Shown here piece after piece: positions 42,270 through 53,520 of a stretch of DNA of 64,000 nt. The notes below the pieces were generated by a model that was not told the DNA's origin, did no database searches, and saw only the letters and a list, made by a program, of their open reading frames with translations. The stretch covers positions 10,163 through 74,162 of the forward strand of contig CAVZKF010000023.1 of the NCBI GenBank assembly GCA_963775775.1, read 5' to 3'. The position numbers were made by a program, and so were the translations under genes. Each line of letters starts with the position of its first letter. Position 1 is the stretch's first letter. The stretch is from an uncultured Alphaproteobacteria bacterium. Its GTDB lineage: Bacteria; Pseudomonadota; Alphaproteobacteria; Rhizobiales; Beijerinckiaceae.

Positions 42270-43031
42270 ATGACGATGCCGCCACTGCGTCTTGGCGTTA
42301 ATGTTGACCACGTGGCGACGATCCGCAATGCGCGCGGCGGGCCGCGGCCGGACCCGCTTCGCGCCGCGCTGCTGGCCATCGAGGCCGGCGCCGACGGAAT
42401 CACCGCGCATTTGCGCGAGGACCGCCGCCATATTCAGGACGCCGACATGGCGCGGTTGAAGGCGACAATCGCCAAGCCGCTCAATTTCGAGATGGCCGCG
42501 ACCGATCAGATGCTGGACATAGCGACCTTGATCGCTCCGCACGCCGTTTGTCTCGTGCCGGAAAAGCGAACGGAACGCACCACCGAAGGCGGGCTCAACG
42601 TCGTGGGCGCGCAGGGCTATCTCGCGCCCTATGTCGACCAGTTGCGCCGCGCCGGCGTTCGCGTCTCGCTGTTCATCGAGCCGAGCGAGGAGGCGATCCG
42701 CGCCGCCAGCGCGATCAAGGCCCCCGTCGTCGAACTCCACACGGGCGCCTGGTGCCACGCGATCGAGGTCGGCGACGCGGCGCTGGCGGAACGCGAGTTC
42801 TCGCGGGTAAAACACGCCGCCGCCTTCGCCGCGACGCTGGGGCTGGAGGTGCACGCCGGGCACGGACTCGACTACGACACGGCGCGCCGCGTCGCGGCCC
42901 TGCCGCAGATCGTCGAATTGAACATCGGCCATTTTCTGATCGGCGAGGCGGTGTTCGTTGGGCTCAAGGAGGCGATCCGCCTGATGCGCGAGGCCATGGA
43001 CGAGGGGCGCGCCGGCGCGCTCGCGTCGTGA
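42270..43031 (+). CDS. pdxJ: Pyridoxine 5'-phosphate synthase
   Basis: [30 protein letters not shown]. Confidence 0.97.
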   Translation: MTMPPLRLGVNVDHVATIRNARGGPRPDPLRAALLAIEAGADGITAHLREDRRHIQDADMARLKATIAKPLNFEMAATDQMLDIATLIAPHAVCLVPEKRTERTTEGGLNVVGAQGYLAPYVDQLRRAGVRVSLFIEPSEEAIRAASAIKAPVVELHTGAWCHAIEVGDAALAEREFSRVKHAAAFAATLGLEVHAGHGLDYDTARRVAALPQIVELNIGHFLIGEAVFVGLKEAIRLMREAMDEGRAGALAS

Positions 43032-43426
43032 TTATCGGCTTTGGCGCGGATCTGTGCGACATCAGACGCATCGCGGACGCGCTGGAGCGCTACGGCGAAC
43101 GCTTCCCGCGGCGGCTTTTCACCCCGGCGGAGCGAGAGTATTGCGACGCCAGGACGGCGCGCGCCGCCAGCTACGCCAAGCGCTTCGCCGCCAAGGAGGC
43201 CTGCGCCAAGGCGCTGGGCGTCGGGATAAACCATGGCGTCGGCTGGCTCGACATGGGCGTCGTCAATCTGCCTTCGGGCATGCCGACGCTGGAATTGACG
43301 GGCGGCGCCGCGGTGCGGTTGCGACAGATCACCCCGCCGGGGACGACCGCGCGGGTTCACCTGACCTTGACCGACGAGGAGCCATACGCGCAGGCGATGG
43401 TTCTCATCGAGGCGGCGCCGTGTTAG
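43028..43426 (+). CDS. acpS: Holo-ACP synthase
   Basis: [21 protein letters not shown]. Confidence 0.95.
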   Translation: MIIGFGADLCDIRRIADALERYGERFPRRLFTPAEREYCDARTARAASYAKRFAAKEACAKALGVGINHGVGWLDMGVVNLPSGMPTLELTGGAAVRLRQITPPGTTARVHLTLTDEEPYAQAMVLIEAAPC

Positions 43427-43492
43427 AGCGGGGCGCGGCCGAACCGGACGCGGGCGCGATAGACAGCGCGCAACTTTAGGGAGCATGGCGAC

Positions 43493-44266
43493 TTGAGCAG
43501 GAACGTCCCGATCGCCAAACCAAGCGACGAAGGCGGATTGTGGGAGACGATCAAGGTCGTCATCCAGGCGCTCGCCATCGCGCTCGTCATACGCACGCTG
43601 CTGTTTCAGCCCTTCAACATCCCCTCGGGATCGATGATCCCGACTTTGCTGATCGGCGACTATGTGTTCGTGTCGAAATACTCCTACGGCTACTCGAATT
43701 ACTCGATGCCCTTCGGTCCCAACTGGTTCTCGGGACGCATATTGGGCGCGGAGCCCAAGCGCGGCGACGTCGTCGTGTTCAAGCTGCCGCGCGACAACGA
43801 AACCGATTACATCAAGCGCGTCATCGGCTTGCCCGGCGACCGCATCCAGATGATCGACGGGCGGCTTTACATCAATAACGTCATGGTCCCGCGCGAGCCG
43901 ATCGCCAAGGCGCACACCGAGGGGCGCGACGGGCGCGACACGGAAGTGCCGACCTATAAGGAGACGCTGCCGGGGGGCGTCGAGCACACCATCATCGAGA
44001 TCGAGGGCGATCACGGCATCAACGATAACACCGACCTTTTCGTCGTGCCGCCAGGGCATTTCTTCATGATGGGCGACAATCGCGACAATTCCACCGACTC
44101 CCGGATCTCGCCAGACATGGGGGGCGTCGGATTCGTTCCCTATATTAATCTCGTCGGGCGCGCCGAGCGCATCTTCTTTTCGGTGAGGGGCGACGCTTCC
44201 CCGCTGGCGTTTTGGCGCTGGCCCTGGACGGTGCGTTGGGACCGCTTGCTGAAATCGGCGCATTGA
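43493..44266 (+). CDS. lepB: Signal peptidase I
   Basis: IPSGSMIPTL, YIKRVIGLPGD, GDNRDNSTDSR. Confidence 0.97.
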   Translation: MSRNVPIAKPSDEGGLWETIKVVIQALAIALVIRTLLFQPFNIPSGSMIPTLLIGDYVFVSKYSYGYSNYSMPFGPNWFSGRILGAEPKRGDVVVFKLPRDNETDYIKRVIGLPGDRIQMIDGRLYINNVMVPREPIAKAHTEGRDGRDTEVPTYKETLPGGVEHTIIEIEGDHGINDNTDLFVVPPGHFFMMGDNRDNSTDSRISPDMGGVGFVPYINLVGRAERIFFSVRGDASPLAFWRWPWTVRWDRLLKSAH

Positions 44267-44277
44267 CGCGAGACCAG

Positions 44278-44988
44278 ATGGCGCGGGACGCGGGCGAGGA
44301 TCTATCCAGTCTCGAGGCGAGGATTGGTCATCGTTTCAAGGACAGAGGGCTGCTGAGGCGCGCGCTGACTCATGTCAGCGCGGCGTCCGCGCGGACGGAT
44401 TCATACGAGAGACTGGAGTTTCTCGGCGACCGCGTGCTTGGGCTCGGCGTCGCGCATATGTTGATCGGCGCCTTTGGCCAGGAGAGCGAGGGATTGTTGT
44501 CCCGCCGTCTCGCCGCGCTCGTGCGCAAGGAGACTTGCGCCGAAGTCGCGCGTGATTGGGAGGTCGGGCCGTTCATTCGGCTCGGCGAGGGTGAGGCGCA
44601 ATCGGGCGGGCGCGACAAAAACGCCATTCTCGGCGATATTTGCGAGGCCATCATCGGCGCGGTCTTCCTCGACGCGGGACCGGAGGCGGCCGAGCGTCTG
44701 GTGCGCGCCGCCTTCGGGAATCGCATGGCGTCGCCGGGCCGCGATCTCCAGGACGCCAAGACGACGCTGCAGGAATGGGCTCAGGGTCGCCGGCTGCCGG
44801 CGCCGACCTATCGGCTGTCGAGCCGCGAAGGACCCGACCATGCGCCTTTTTTCGACGTGGCCGTGGAGATCGAGGGGTTTTCCGCCGCGCAAGGGACCGG
44901 CGCCTCCAAACGCGCCGCCGAACAGGCCGCCGCCCAGGCTTTTATCGCGCGCGAGGGCATTAATCGGAATAAGGGCGGAGCCGCATGA
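44278..44988 (+). CDS. rnc: Ribonuclease III
   Basis: ERLEFLGDRVLG; dsRNA-binding domain. Confidence 0.97.
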   Translation: MARDAGEDLSSLEARIGHRFKDRGLLRRALTHVSAASARTDSYERLEFLGDRVLGLGVAHMLIGAFGQESEGLLSRRLAALVRKETCAEVARDWEVGPFIRLGEGEAQSGGRDKNAILGDICEAIIGAVFLDAGPEAAERLVRAAFGNRMASPGRDLQDAKTTLQEWAQGRRLPAPTYRLSSREGPDHAPFFDVAVEIEGFSAAQGTGASKRAAEQAAAQAFIAREGINRNKGGAA

Positions 44989-45908
44989 GCGACGGAGACA
45001 TAAGAACGGAAGATAAGCGCTGCGGCTTCGCCGCGCTGGTCGGCGCGCCTAACGCCGGCAAATCGACGCTGCTCAATCAGCTGGTCGGCGCCAAGGTGTC
45101 CATCGTTTCGCGCAAGGCGCAGACGACGCGGGCGTTGGTGCGCGGCATCGTCATCGAGGGCGCCGCGCAGATCATTCTGGTCGACACGCCCGGCATTTTC
45201 GCGCCCAAACGCCGGCTCGACCGCGCCATGGTGGCGAGCGCGCTCTCGGGCGCGAGCGACGCCGACGTGGCGGCGCTGCTGGTCGACGCGCGCAAGGGGG
45301 CCGACGAGGAGATGCTCGCCATTCTGCCGCGCCTGAGGGAAACGCGCGCCCCCAAATTGCTGGTGCTCAACAAGATCGACCTCGTGCCGCGCGACAGCCT
45401 GCTGGCGCTCGCCGCGGAACTCAACCAAGCGGCCAAATTCGACGAGACCTTCATGATCTCCGCGCTGAACGGCGATGGCGTCGGCAAGTTGCGCGCGCGC
45501 TTCGCCGCGCTAATGCCGCCGTCGCCCTGGCTTTATCCCGAGGACCAATTGTCCGACGCGCCCCTGCGCATTCTCGCCTCGGAAATCACGCGGGAAAAGA
45601 TGTTCGAGCGGCTGCACGACGAACTCCCCTATCAATCCACCGTCGAAACCTTTTCCTGGACAAATCAAAAGGACGGCTCGGCCCGCATCGAGCAGACGAT
45701 TTTCGTCGCGCGCGAAGGACAAAAGAAGATCGTGATCGGCGAGGGCGGCCGCACAATCAAGGCCATCGGTCAAGCCGCGCGCAAGGAGATTGCCGAGGCG
45801 GCGGAGCAGAAAGTGCATCTCTTTCTTTTCGTGAAGGTACGCGAAAACTGGGCCGACGATCCCGAGCGCTACCGCGAGATGCGGCTTGAGTTTCCTAAGG
45901 ACGAGTAG
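44985..45908 (+). CDS. era: GTPase Era
   Basis: GAPNAGKS, DTPG, NKID, KH domain. Confidence 0.97.
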   Translation: MSDGDIRTEDKRCGFAALVGAPNAGKSTLLNQLVGAKVSIVSRKAQTTRALVRGIVIEGAAQIILVDTPGIFAPKRRLDRAMVASALSGASDADVAALLVDARKGADEEMLAILPRLRETRAPKLLVLNKIDLVPRDSLLALAAELNQAAKFDETFMISALNGDGVGKLRARFAALMPPSPWLYPEDQLSDAPLRILASEITREKMFERLHDELPYQSTVETFSWTNQKDGSARIEQTIFVAREGQKKIVIGEGGRTIKAIGQAARKEIAEAAEQKVHLFLFVKVRENWADDPERYREMRLEFPKDE

Positions 45909-45981
45909 GGGACAAGCGGATAACATGCCGGTCTCGCGCGCGTGGATTCGCCAAACGACGAGCTAGGATGGGTGTGAGGAC

Positions 45982-46212
45982 ATGTCTTCCAATGCGCGAA
46001 AGCGTTTGACCGTTTATCGCTATCTGACCGGACCGGACGATGTGTCCTTCTGTCACCGCGTCACCAAGGCGCTCAGCATGGGCTGGCAACTCTATGGTTC
46101 GCCGACGCTGACCTTCGACTCCGCCAAGGGCAGGGTGATCTGCGGTCAGGCATTGACCAAGGATGTGGACGACGCCGAATATTCGCCCGATATGAAGCTG
46201 TCGGAGGTTTAA
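45982..46212 (+). CDS. DUF1737 family protein
   Basis: YRYLTGPDDVSFCHRVTKAL..GWQLYGSP. Confidence 0.85.
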   Translation: MSSNARKRLTVYRYLTGPDDVSFCHRVTKALSMGWQLYGSPTLTFDSAKGRVICGQALTKDVDDAEYSPDMKLSEV

Positions 46213-46219
46213 ACCGCGC

Positions 46220-46951
46220 ATGCATTGGCGGGACGAAGGTCTGGTGATTGGCGTGCGCGGGCACGGCGAGACCTCCGTTGTTCTCGAATTGATGACCAGG
46301 GAGCATGGGCGCCACCTCGGCCTCGTTCGCGGCGGCAAGGGAAGCGCGCTGCGCGCCGTGCTTCAGCCGGGCAATCAGGTTGTCGCCAATTGGCGGGCGC
46401 GGCTCGACAGCCAGCTTGGAGCCTATCTCGTCGAGCCGCTGCAATCGCGCGCGGCGCGGCTGATCGAACACGGATACGCCTTGCACGGCGTGGCTTTCCT
46501 CTGCGCGCTGCTGCGGCTGCTGCCCGAGCGCGATCCGCACGCCGAAATCCATGAGATGGCGCGGCTGATCGCGGATCGGCTCGGCTCCAAGGATCACGCG
46601 CCGGCGCTGCTGGCGCGGTTCGAGATCGCGATGCTGGGCGCGCTGGGCTTTGGCCTTGATCTCAGCGCCTGCGCGCTGACCGGCGCGCGCGAGGATCTCG
46701 CCTATGTTTCGCCGAAATCCGGTCGCGCGGTCTCGCGCGAGGCGGGCGAGCCCTGGCGCGAGCGGCTGCTGCGCTATCCCGCCTTTCTGCAAGGCGGCGA
46801 CTTCGCCGCGCGTCCCGACGAGGCCGAACTCGACGCGGCCTTTCGGCTCACCGGGCATTTTTTGAACCGCGACGTCTTCGCCCCGCGCGGCGCGCCGATG
46901 CCGCCGGCGCGCGGGTGTTATCTCAAGGCGGTGACCGCGCGGGCGGCGTGA
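46220..46951 (+). CDS. recO: DNA repair protein RecO
   Basis: MHWRDEGLV, HGRHLGLVRGG, YVSPKSGRAVS. Confidence 0.95.
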   Translation: MHWRDEGLVIGVRGHGETSVVLELMTREHGRHLGLVRGGKGSALRAVLQPGNQVVANWRARLDSQLGAYLVEPLQSRAARLIEHGYALHGVAFLCALLRLLPERDPHAEIHEMARLIADRLGSKDHAPALLARFEIAMLGALGFGLDLSACALTGAREDLAYVSPKSGRAVSREAGEPWRERLLRYPAFLQGGDFAARPDEAELDAAFRLTGHFLNRDVFAPRGAPMPPARGCYLKAVTARAA

Positions 46952-46961
46952 ACGCGCCCAT

Positions 46962-48869
46962 TCACCGCTCCTTCGCCCCGTCCTCCGGGCTCGCCGGGAG
47001 CGGGAGCAGCGACGCCGCCGCGCCGGAGCGGCGGATCAGCGCCTTGGCGTCGAGCGCGAGATTGGGTTCGTCCCAGGAACCGATAACATCGAAGCCGATT
47101 TCGCGGGCGCCTTGGCGCGGCGCGCCATTGGCGTCCGCTTCGATGGCGTGGGCCCGCAAGGCTAAGCCGCGGTCGGACACGCGCGTCGAACCCGCGAAAG
47201 CAAGAGCGAAGCCCGGCCCGAAGGCTTGACCATCCTCGAACTCCGCCACGCCGTCGACGATTTTAATCGTCGCCGAGGCTTTTTCGACGCTGGAGCGTCC
47301 CGAGCGAATGTCGATCGCGCTGGAAAGAGGCCGCTTGTCGAGACGACTGAGCGCCCGCTCGAAGTCGACGCCGGCGATGGCGCCCTGGGACAGCGTGAAA
47401 CTCGCGCGTCCATTAAGCTCGCGCGTCAGGGCGGCCATGCTGTCGCCGCTGGAGTCCAGCGTCACGTTGGAATCGAGCGACCCGCCGATGTCTTCGCGCG
47501 CGATGGCGTCCCAAAGCAAGGCGCCCGCGTCGACGCCGGTGGTTTGAGCGCTCGCGTGGATGTCGACCGCGTCCTCGGCGCCTGGGGCGAATGTCGCGCG
47601 GGCTTTTAGCGAACCCTTGTAGGCCTTCGCCCGATCGAGGGCGAGCTCCAGTCGGCCGGCGCGTAACCCCAGGCTAAATTCCGCGTCGTCGACGGAAAGG
47701 CGCGCCAGTCGCGCATGGGCCGCCGAGAGCCGCAGATCGACGTCGGCGCGGGAGAGATCGGGCAGGTCGAAGGTCTCGCGGCTCCATTGTCCGTCGCCGT
47801 TGGACAGGGAAGGCAGATAGGCGAGCATCGGCTTGAGCGAGAAATTGCCGCTGGAGAGCTTCGCCTGGAAGTTCAATCGCTCGTCTTCCCGGCGAAAGTC
47901 CGCCGCGCCCTCGAAAGCGTTATTGTCGGCCGAAAAGCGCAGTTGCGAAAGCTGGATCGAGTCCGGCTCCAGACGCGCGGTCGCCGCCAATTTGAAATTG
48001 TCGAAGGGCCCCGGCAGCGGCGGCGACAGGCCAAACATCGCGAAGGCTTGCCGCAACGACGGCGCGGAGGCGGTCAAACGCCCGACGAAGCGCGGCTTCA
48101 CATCGCTCTGCGCCATGCCTTCGGCCTCGATCGTCAATGGCGGGCCGTCGAGTCTGAGGGACAGGGGCGTCGTGTCGCCATGCGGGATCGCCTCGGGACG
48201 GGCGATCCACAAGAAGCCTTCCATGCGCTCGCCGCGCCAATCGAAAGCGCCTTTGAGCGTCGCTGGCGCGGCCGGGCCGCGCGATTCCAGCGACGCCCAC
48301 AGATGTTCCAGGCTGACGATCTTCTCGCCGTCGCGCAGCCTGACCGTCGCGTCAATCAAGGAAACGTCGCCCAATCGCGCAGTCGGCGCGGCGCGCGGCT
48401 TCGAGCCCGCCGCGAGCGGCGCCGCGCCGGAGGACTTCCCCAAATCGATCGTGACCAGGGCTCGCGCGAGCGTAATGCGGCCAAACTCGATGCGCCCCCT
48501 CATCAGAGGAAACAGGCGCAAGTCGCCGGAAAGCCTTTCGGCCTCGAGCATCGCGAAGGCGCTCGGATCGGCCAAGGCGACCCCCTCCACGACGATGCGC
48601 GGCCGCGGCAGCAAGGAGAAGGTGGTTTGTCCCTTGACCGCGACATACAGCCCGGAGGAGCCGTAAATCTCGCCGGAGATCGCATCGATCAACGCCGCTT
48701 TGGAAAAAGTCCAGGGCGCCAGGCCGGCGGCGACCGTCGCCAAGGCGGCGAGGCAAAGCGCGCCGATCAGTCCGGCGCGCAGGCGCCGCCTTTTCGGAGA
48801 AGGACGTTGACTCGGGCTCGAACCGACAAGAGGGCTCTGCTCGCCGGGCGGGCTTGAATGACTGGTCAT
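46962..48869 (-). CDS. AsmA family protein
   Basis: N-terminal TM segment, FSLLPRPRI, beta-rich body, GAIAGVDF. Confidence 0.8.
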   Translation of the reverse strand: MTSHSSPPGEQSPLVGSSPSQRPSPKRRRLRAGLIGALCLAALATVAAGLAPWTFSKAALIDAISGEIYGSSGLYVAVKGQTTFSLLPRPRIVVEGVALADPSAFAMLEAERLSGDLRLFPLMRGRIEFGRITLARALVTIDLGKSSGAAPLAAGSKPRAAPTARLGDVSLIDATVRLRDGEKIVSLEHLWASLESRGPAAPATLKGAFDWRGERMEGFLWIARPEAIPHGDTTPLSLRLDGPPLTIEAEGMAQSDVKPRFVGRLTASAPSLRQAFAMFGLSPPLPGPFDNFKLAATARLEPDSIQLSQLRFSADNNAFEGAADFRREDERLNFQAKLSSGNFSLKPMLAYLPSLSNGDGQWSRETFDLPDLSRADVDLRLSAAHARLARLSVDDAEFSLGLRAGRLELALDRAKAYKGSLKARATFAPGAEDAVDIHASAQTTGVDAGALLWDAIAREDIGGSLDSNVTLDSSGDSMAALTRELNGRASFTLSQGAIAGVDFERALSRLDKRPLSSAIDIRSGRSSVEKASATIKIVDGVAEFEDGQAFGPGFALAFAGSTRVSDRGLALRAHAIEADANGAPRQGAREIGFDVIGSWDEPNLALDAKALIRRSGAAASLLPLPASPEDGAKER

Positions 48870-48999
48870 GAGAACTTCATGGAAGGCGCGCCGCCGACGT
48901 TAACGCTTGTCAGCCGCGCTTGCTGGGACTTAAGCCTCAGTGTCGCGCGCGAGGGCGGCGATAACAAGGCGCCGTCGTCCGGCCGCCCCTTGGCGTCGA

Positions 49000-49952
49000 T
49001 CAATTGATCGGCGCGAAGCTCGGTCCGCGGTCGGAGCGTTGCTGACGACGATGGCCCTGCTGCTCGCGATGATGCTCGCTGGCGAGCGTGAACCGGCCTC
49101 GCGGCGTTTGCAGAACCCGGTCGATCGCGGCGAGCGCGCCGCGTTTCTCGATCGGCAGATCGCGGGTTTCGGCCAGGGACATGAAATCGCTGCTCTTGAA
49201 AGGATAGGCGCCGCCCTTGAACACGCGCACGCCTTTCGCCGTCACCACGGTGTCGCCGGGCCTAAGCGTCGGGTCGTTGAGGACGGCGCTGGAGTCGATC
49301 GGATTGCCGGAGGCCGAATGGCAGCCGCAAGAGGCGGGCTTCGCGTCCGAAGCTTTGATCTTGGCCATCAATTGACCATAGAGTTCGCCGCCGCGCGCCG
49401 CGGCGGCTTCGTCAATATTTTCCGAACCGGCGGGCATCACGAACAGCTTGGTCTCCGCCTCCGGGCACAGCGTGTCGCAGGACGCCTGATGCGAGGGGAT
49501 TTCCGAATTGTGATTCAGCGTCGGCGACGGGAAAGAAATAGCCGTCGCAGGTGCGCACGCAGACCGAGCGCCGACCCAAGGCGATTGTCTGCGCCGGCGC
49601 CGGATGCGCGGCCGCCAGTTGATGGCCGTCGACGGGGAAATGGCGGCGCGCGTGGCGCGCGCGTCTGGACGTGATGCGCGTAGCGCCGGGCGTGATGGCG
49701 GCGGCTGACCCGCCAGCCGTGCTCTCGCGGAGCGTAATACAAAGGCTCGACCAGGCGCTGACGATGCGGCGAGCCGAATAATTCCTCGAACAGCCCGCCT
49801 TCGGCGAGGCTTTCGGGCATGTCGAAGGCCAGCAGCGCGCCAAGGACAAGGGCGATCGCCGCTCCAGAAGTAACGGCGACGCGAGCATACGGACGCAGGC
49901 GTAAATCCGCGACCGCGGAAACGTAACGACAAAATCGTGACGTGTTCATCAT
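49000..49952 (-). CDS. DUF2865-like secreted Cys-rich protein (frameshifted)
   Basis: VCVRTCDGYFFP, CDTLCP, CGC, DPTLRPGDTVVT. Confidence 0.75.
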
Positions 49953-50088
49953 CGGCGTTAACTCACCTTAATCGGACGCGACTTTGATTAATTTAAGTAA
50001 CGCAATAGCGCGACGATCGCAAGACGGCGGCGTGGCCGGATTGCGGCTTTGGCTGAAAAATGCGGTTAACTCGAAGGAAAATGGTTTC

Positions 50089-50532
50089 TCAACCACTGCC
50101 GGCCGCCGCCAAGGCGCTTCTTAGCGTTTGCAGTATTTCTTCGATATAAAAGGGTTTTTCTACAATCGGACGGTCAAGGAACGCTTCGGGAAGACCGGCG
50201 CGGCCGCAACCCGTGGTAAATATGAACGGCTTTCCTCGCCGCGTCAGCGTCTCGGCCACAGGATCGATTTTTCGTTCGCCGATGTTGACGTCGAGCAGGG
50301 CGAGATCGATCTGACCGCTCGTCGCGAGGCGTAGCGCCTGTTCGATCGTGCTTGCGACGCCCGCGATCACCAGGCCCTGTTCGATCAACATCTCCTCAAG
50401 CGCCAGAGCGATGTAGGGATTGTCCTCGACGATCAAAATGCGCGAGCCCCGCAGGGGGTTGACGTGGCTATCGGCCTCCGTCGCGCCGCCGCCGGGCTCA
50501 GTCTTCGCGCTGGGTTGTTCCAGACCGGGCAT
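50089..50532 (-). CDS. Single-domain response regulator
   Basis: ILIVEDN, ALLDVN, FTTG, KPF. Confidence 0.9.
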   Translation of the reverse strand: MPGLEQPSAKTEPGGGATEADSHVNPLRGSRILIVEDNPYIALALEEMLIEQGLVIAGVASTIEQALRLATSGQIDLALLDVNIGERKIDPVAETLTRRGKPFIFTTGCGRAGLPEAFLDRPIVEKPFYIEEILQTLRSALAAAGSG

Positions 50533-50721
50533 AACGTATCGTGCGGCGGACGCGCCAGTTTGTCTAGCGTTACGCTAGCATTTTTTACCGCGACGCCTTG
50601 GAAGCGGTTAATCCTCGCCGATGGGCGACCGGGATTTCCGCCGGAATGGGCCGGTTTCCGTCCGCGATTTAATGGATGGGAGCCAAGAGGCGCCGGCGCG
50701 CCAGGGCTTTAACGGCCCAAT

Positions 50722-51130
50722 TTAACCACGCAAATCGCGGTCCGTCTTCACGAGGCGGATCATCGCCCAGACCGCGAGGGCGACCCAGCTCAAAATCGTC
50801 GTGGTTCCGCCGATTGGGGCGGCGTAGGGAAAGAGCCTTCCGGGGCCAAAGCGCGCGTAGCGCGAGGTCGGCGGAAAACAGGGTGACGCCGGCTTGAAGC
50901 GCGAATGTCGCGTAAATCAGCCCGCGCGGCGGCGTCGACAGCGCGCCGGCGAGAGCCGCGAGCGCCAGCCCAGCGCAGGCGTGCACCATCAAAAACTGGC
51001 TCGCGGTCGCCAAATTGGCGCTTGCGTCAAGATGGGCCGCCACGGCCGCCAGCGTTACGCCAGCGGCGCCTTGCAGGGCGGCGATCAGCAGGATGAGGGC
51101 GTGTTCGCGGCGCAATCCGTTCTCCATCAT
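50722..51130 (-). CDS. DUF423 family membrane protein (frameshift)
   Basis: AAVAAH, FLMVHA, LFSADL, AAPIGG. Confidence 0.75.
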
Positions 51131-51159
51131 TTTCGCGAGAGGCATTGGCGAGGCGCCCC

Positions 51160-52700
51160 TCAATAAGCGTTGTGTCCCTTCAGCAAGGCGAAGGGCGTCA
51201 GCGCCAAAATATAGATGTCGCGAAGAAGCGACCAGTTTTCTATGTAGTCAAGGTCGTATTCGACGCGCTTTTGAATCTTCTCGGGCGTGTCGGTTTCGCC
51301 GCGCCAGCCATTGACCTGGGCCCAGCCGGTTATGCCCGGCTTAACGCGGTGGCGCGCGAAATAGCCGTCGACCACGTCGTCGTAAAGGTGATCCGCCGCG
51401 CTGGCGTGCATCGCATGCGGGCGCGGCCCGACCAGGGACAGATTGCCCTTGAACACGACGTTGAACAATTGCGGCAATTCGTCGAGCGAGGTTCTGCGGA
51501 TGAAGCGGCCGACGCGGGTCACGCGCGGATCGTTCCTCGTGACGAGGCGCCGGGCCGCCGCGTCGAGCTGATCGACATACATGGAGCGGAATTTATAGAC
51601 TTCGATTTTCTCGTTGTTGAAGCCATATCGCGACTGTTTGAACAGCGCCGGCCCGCGCGAGTCGAGCTTCACCGCGATGAGCGACCGCGAGCATTACCGG
51701 CGACAGCGCGATAAGGCACAGGGCGCCGACGATCTTGTCGAAGGCGGCCTTCACGAACACATCCCAATCGGCGATCGGCTTGTCGAAAATGTCGATCACC
51801 GGCACGTCGCCGATATAGGAATAGGAGCGGGGCCGGAAGCGCAGCTTGTTGGAATGCGCGGCGAGCCGGATGTCGACTGGCAGCACCCAGAGCTTGCGCA
51901 ACATTTGCAGCAGGCGCTCCTCCGCCGAAATCGGCAAGGTGAAGATGACGAGATCAAGCCGCGTGTGCCGGGCGAATTCGACCAGTTCGTCAATGCTTCC
52001 AAGCTTCGGGAAGCCCGCGACGACATCGGGCGAGCGCGCGTCGGAGCGGTCGTCGAAGACGCCGAGGATGCGCAAATCGCCGTCGTCCTGAGCGGCGAGC
52101 GCGCGCAATACGGGTTCCGCCGAGGGGCCGCCGCCGACGATCGCCGTGCGCCGATCCAGCTTGCCTTGCCGCGTCAGCGCGCGCACGAAGGCGGCGAGCG
52201 CGAAGCGCTCGGTCATCAGCGCGGCGAGGCCGAAGAAATACCAGCCGGCGAGCCAGACGCGGGAGAATTGGCCGTCGAGCTTCAAAAAGAACTGCAGCGC
52301 CAGGGCGCCGACGAAGACCAGGGTCCATCCGCCCAGGATTTTGAGGCCGTGCAGCGCGGGCGCGCGCAACGCCGACACATGGTGCAGGCCCAGCGCTTGC
52401 AGCGAGATCACCGCGAGCAGCGACATGCCGGGGATAACGATCGCATAGGCCATGTCGTGTCCCCACATGGGCGCCACATGCACCTCATGCACCGCGAAAC
52501 CGACTCCGGCGAGCAACAGAAATTCGATCAGACGCACGAGGCCGCCGAGAACGATCGGCGAATAGGCTTTGTTCGGCGCGCCGCGGCTCGCGACTTCCGC
52601 GAGGGGGGACGGCGCGGCCGATTTGATCGGTTGGCGAGTCGCGCTGGGGCTCGCTGTCTCTCTGGCTCGGCTGGTTGGCGCCGACGGCGAATGCGCACAT
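51160..52700 (-). CDS. Undecaprenyl-phosphate glucose phosphotransferase (WcaJ/UppE-like; frameshifted)
   Basis: [36 protein letters not shown]. Confidence 0.92.
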
Positions 52701-52777
52701 GATTCGCGGCTCCTGTTCAGACTGCGCGCCCCCGACGAGGCGCGAGGCGCGAGCGACGCGACTTTCGCGAAATCGCG

Positions 52778-53344
52778 TCAGAAAATACGTTCCCGCACCG
52801 TGACCGTGTCTCCGGGAAGCACCAAGGTGTCGAGCGGCACCCGGCCGGTGATGGGCACGCCGTCGATCACGCGCGTAATATCCACTTCGGTCTGAAAGCC
52901 TCGCGGGTTAAAGCCGCCCGCGATGGCGATCGCTGTTCGCACGGTCATTCCTTCGACATAGGGGAATTGCCCGGCCGTTATGACTTCCCCGAGCACGAAA
53001 AACGGCCTGAAGGCCTCCACTTCGACCGAAACGCGCGGCTCGCGCACGAAGCCGGCGCGCAGCCGTTCGGCGATCTCGCGCTCCACCGCGGCGGTGTCGC
53101 GGCCATAGACCGGCACGGCGCCGATGAGCGGCATGGAAATATGGCCCGAGCCGTCGACGGCGTATGAGTTCGACAAGGCGTCCTGTCCGAACACGATGAC
53201 CCGCAAGCGGTCGCCGGCGGCGAGCGTATAGCGGTTCATGGGCGGAGCCGCCAAAAGCTCGGGCCTATAGTCTCCAGGCGCCGCGCAGCTCCCGAGAAAC
53301 AGGGTCAAGAGCATGCTGAGCGACAGGGCCGAATGTTTCGTCAT
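52778..53344 (-). CDS. Polysaccharide export (Wza/OPX) lipoprotein
   Basis: Lipobox LGSC, YTLAAGDRLRV, GEV..AGQFPY. Confidence 0.9.
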   Translation of the reverse strand: MTKHSALSLSMLLTLFLGSCAAPGDYRPELLAAPPMNRYTLAAGDRLRVIVFGQDALSNSYAVDGSGHISMPLIGAVPVYGRDTAAVEREIAERLRAGFVREPRVSVEVEAFRPFFVLGEVITAGQFPYVEGMTVRTAIAIAGGFNPRGFQTEVDITRVIDGVPITGRVPLDTLVLPGDTVTVRERIF

Positions 53345-53520
53345 TTCCGATCCAAACCTGTTTACAAATTGCTTACGCGGCGGTGGCTCGCACGAATTTT
53401 TAGGCGCGCGTGGTTAATAAAGGCTGACCGAAATCTTCACTTAACCGACACGGCGCGCCGATTAACTCGGCGGCAACCATAACCGGTTAATTTCCGCGGG
53501 AGATCAACGGAGTTGCAAGG

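Noticed and set aside
49958-49971. CtrA box (also at 62315-62328)
   Set aside because: Spacing is TTAA-N6-TTAA, not the N7 consensus
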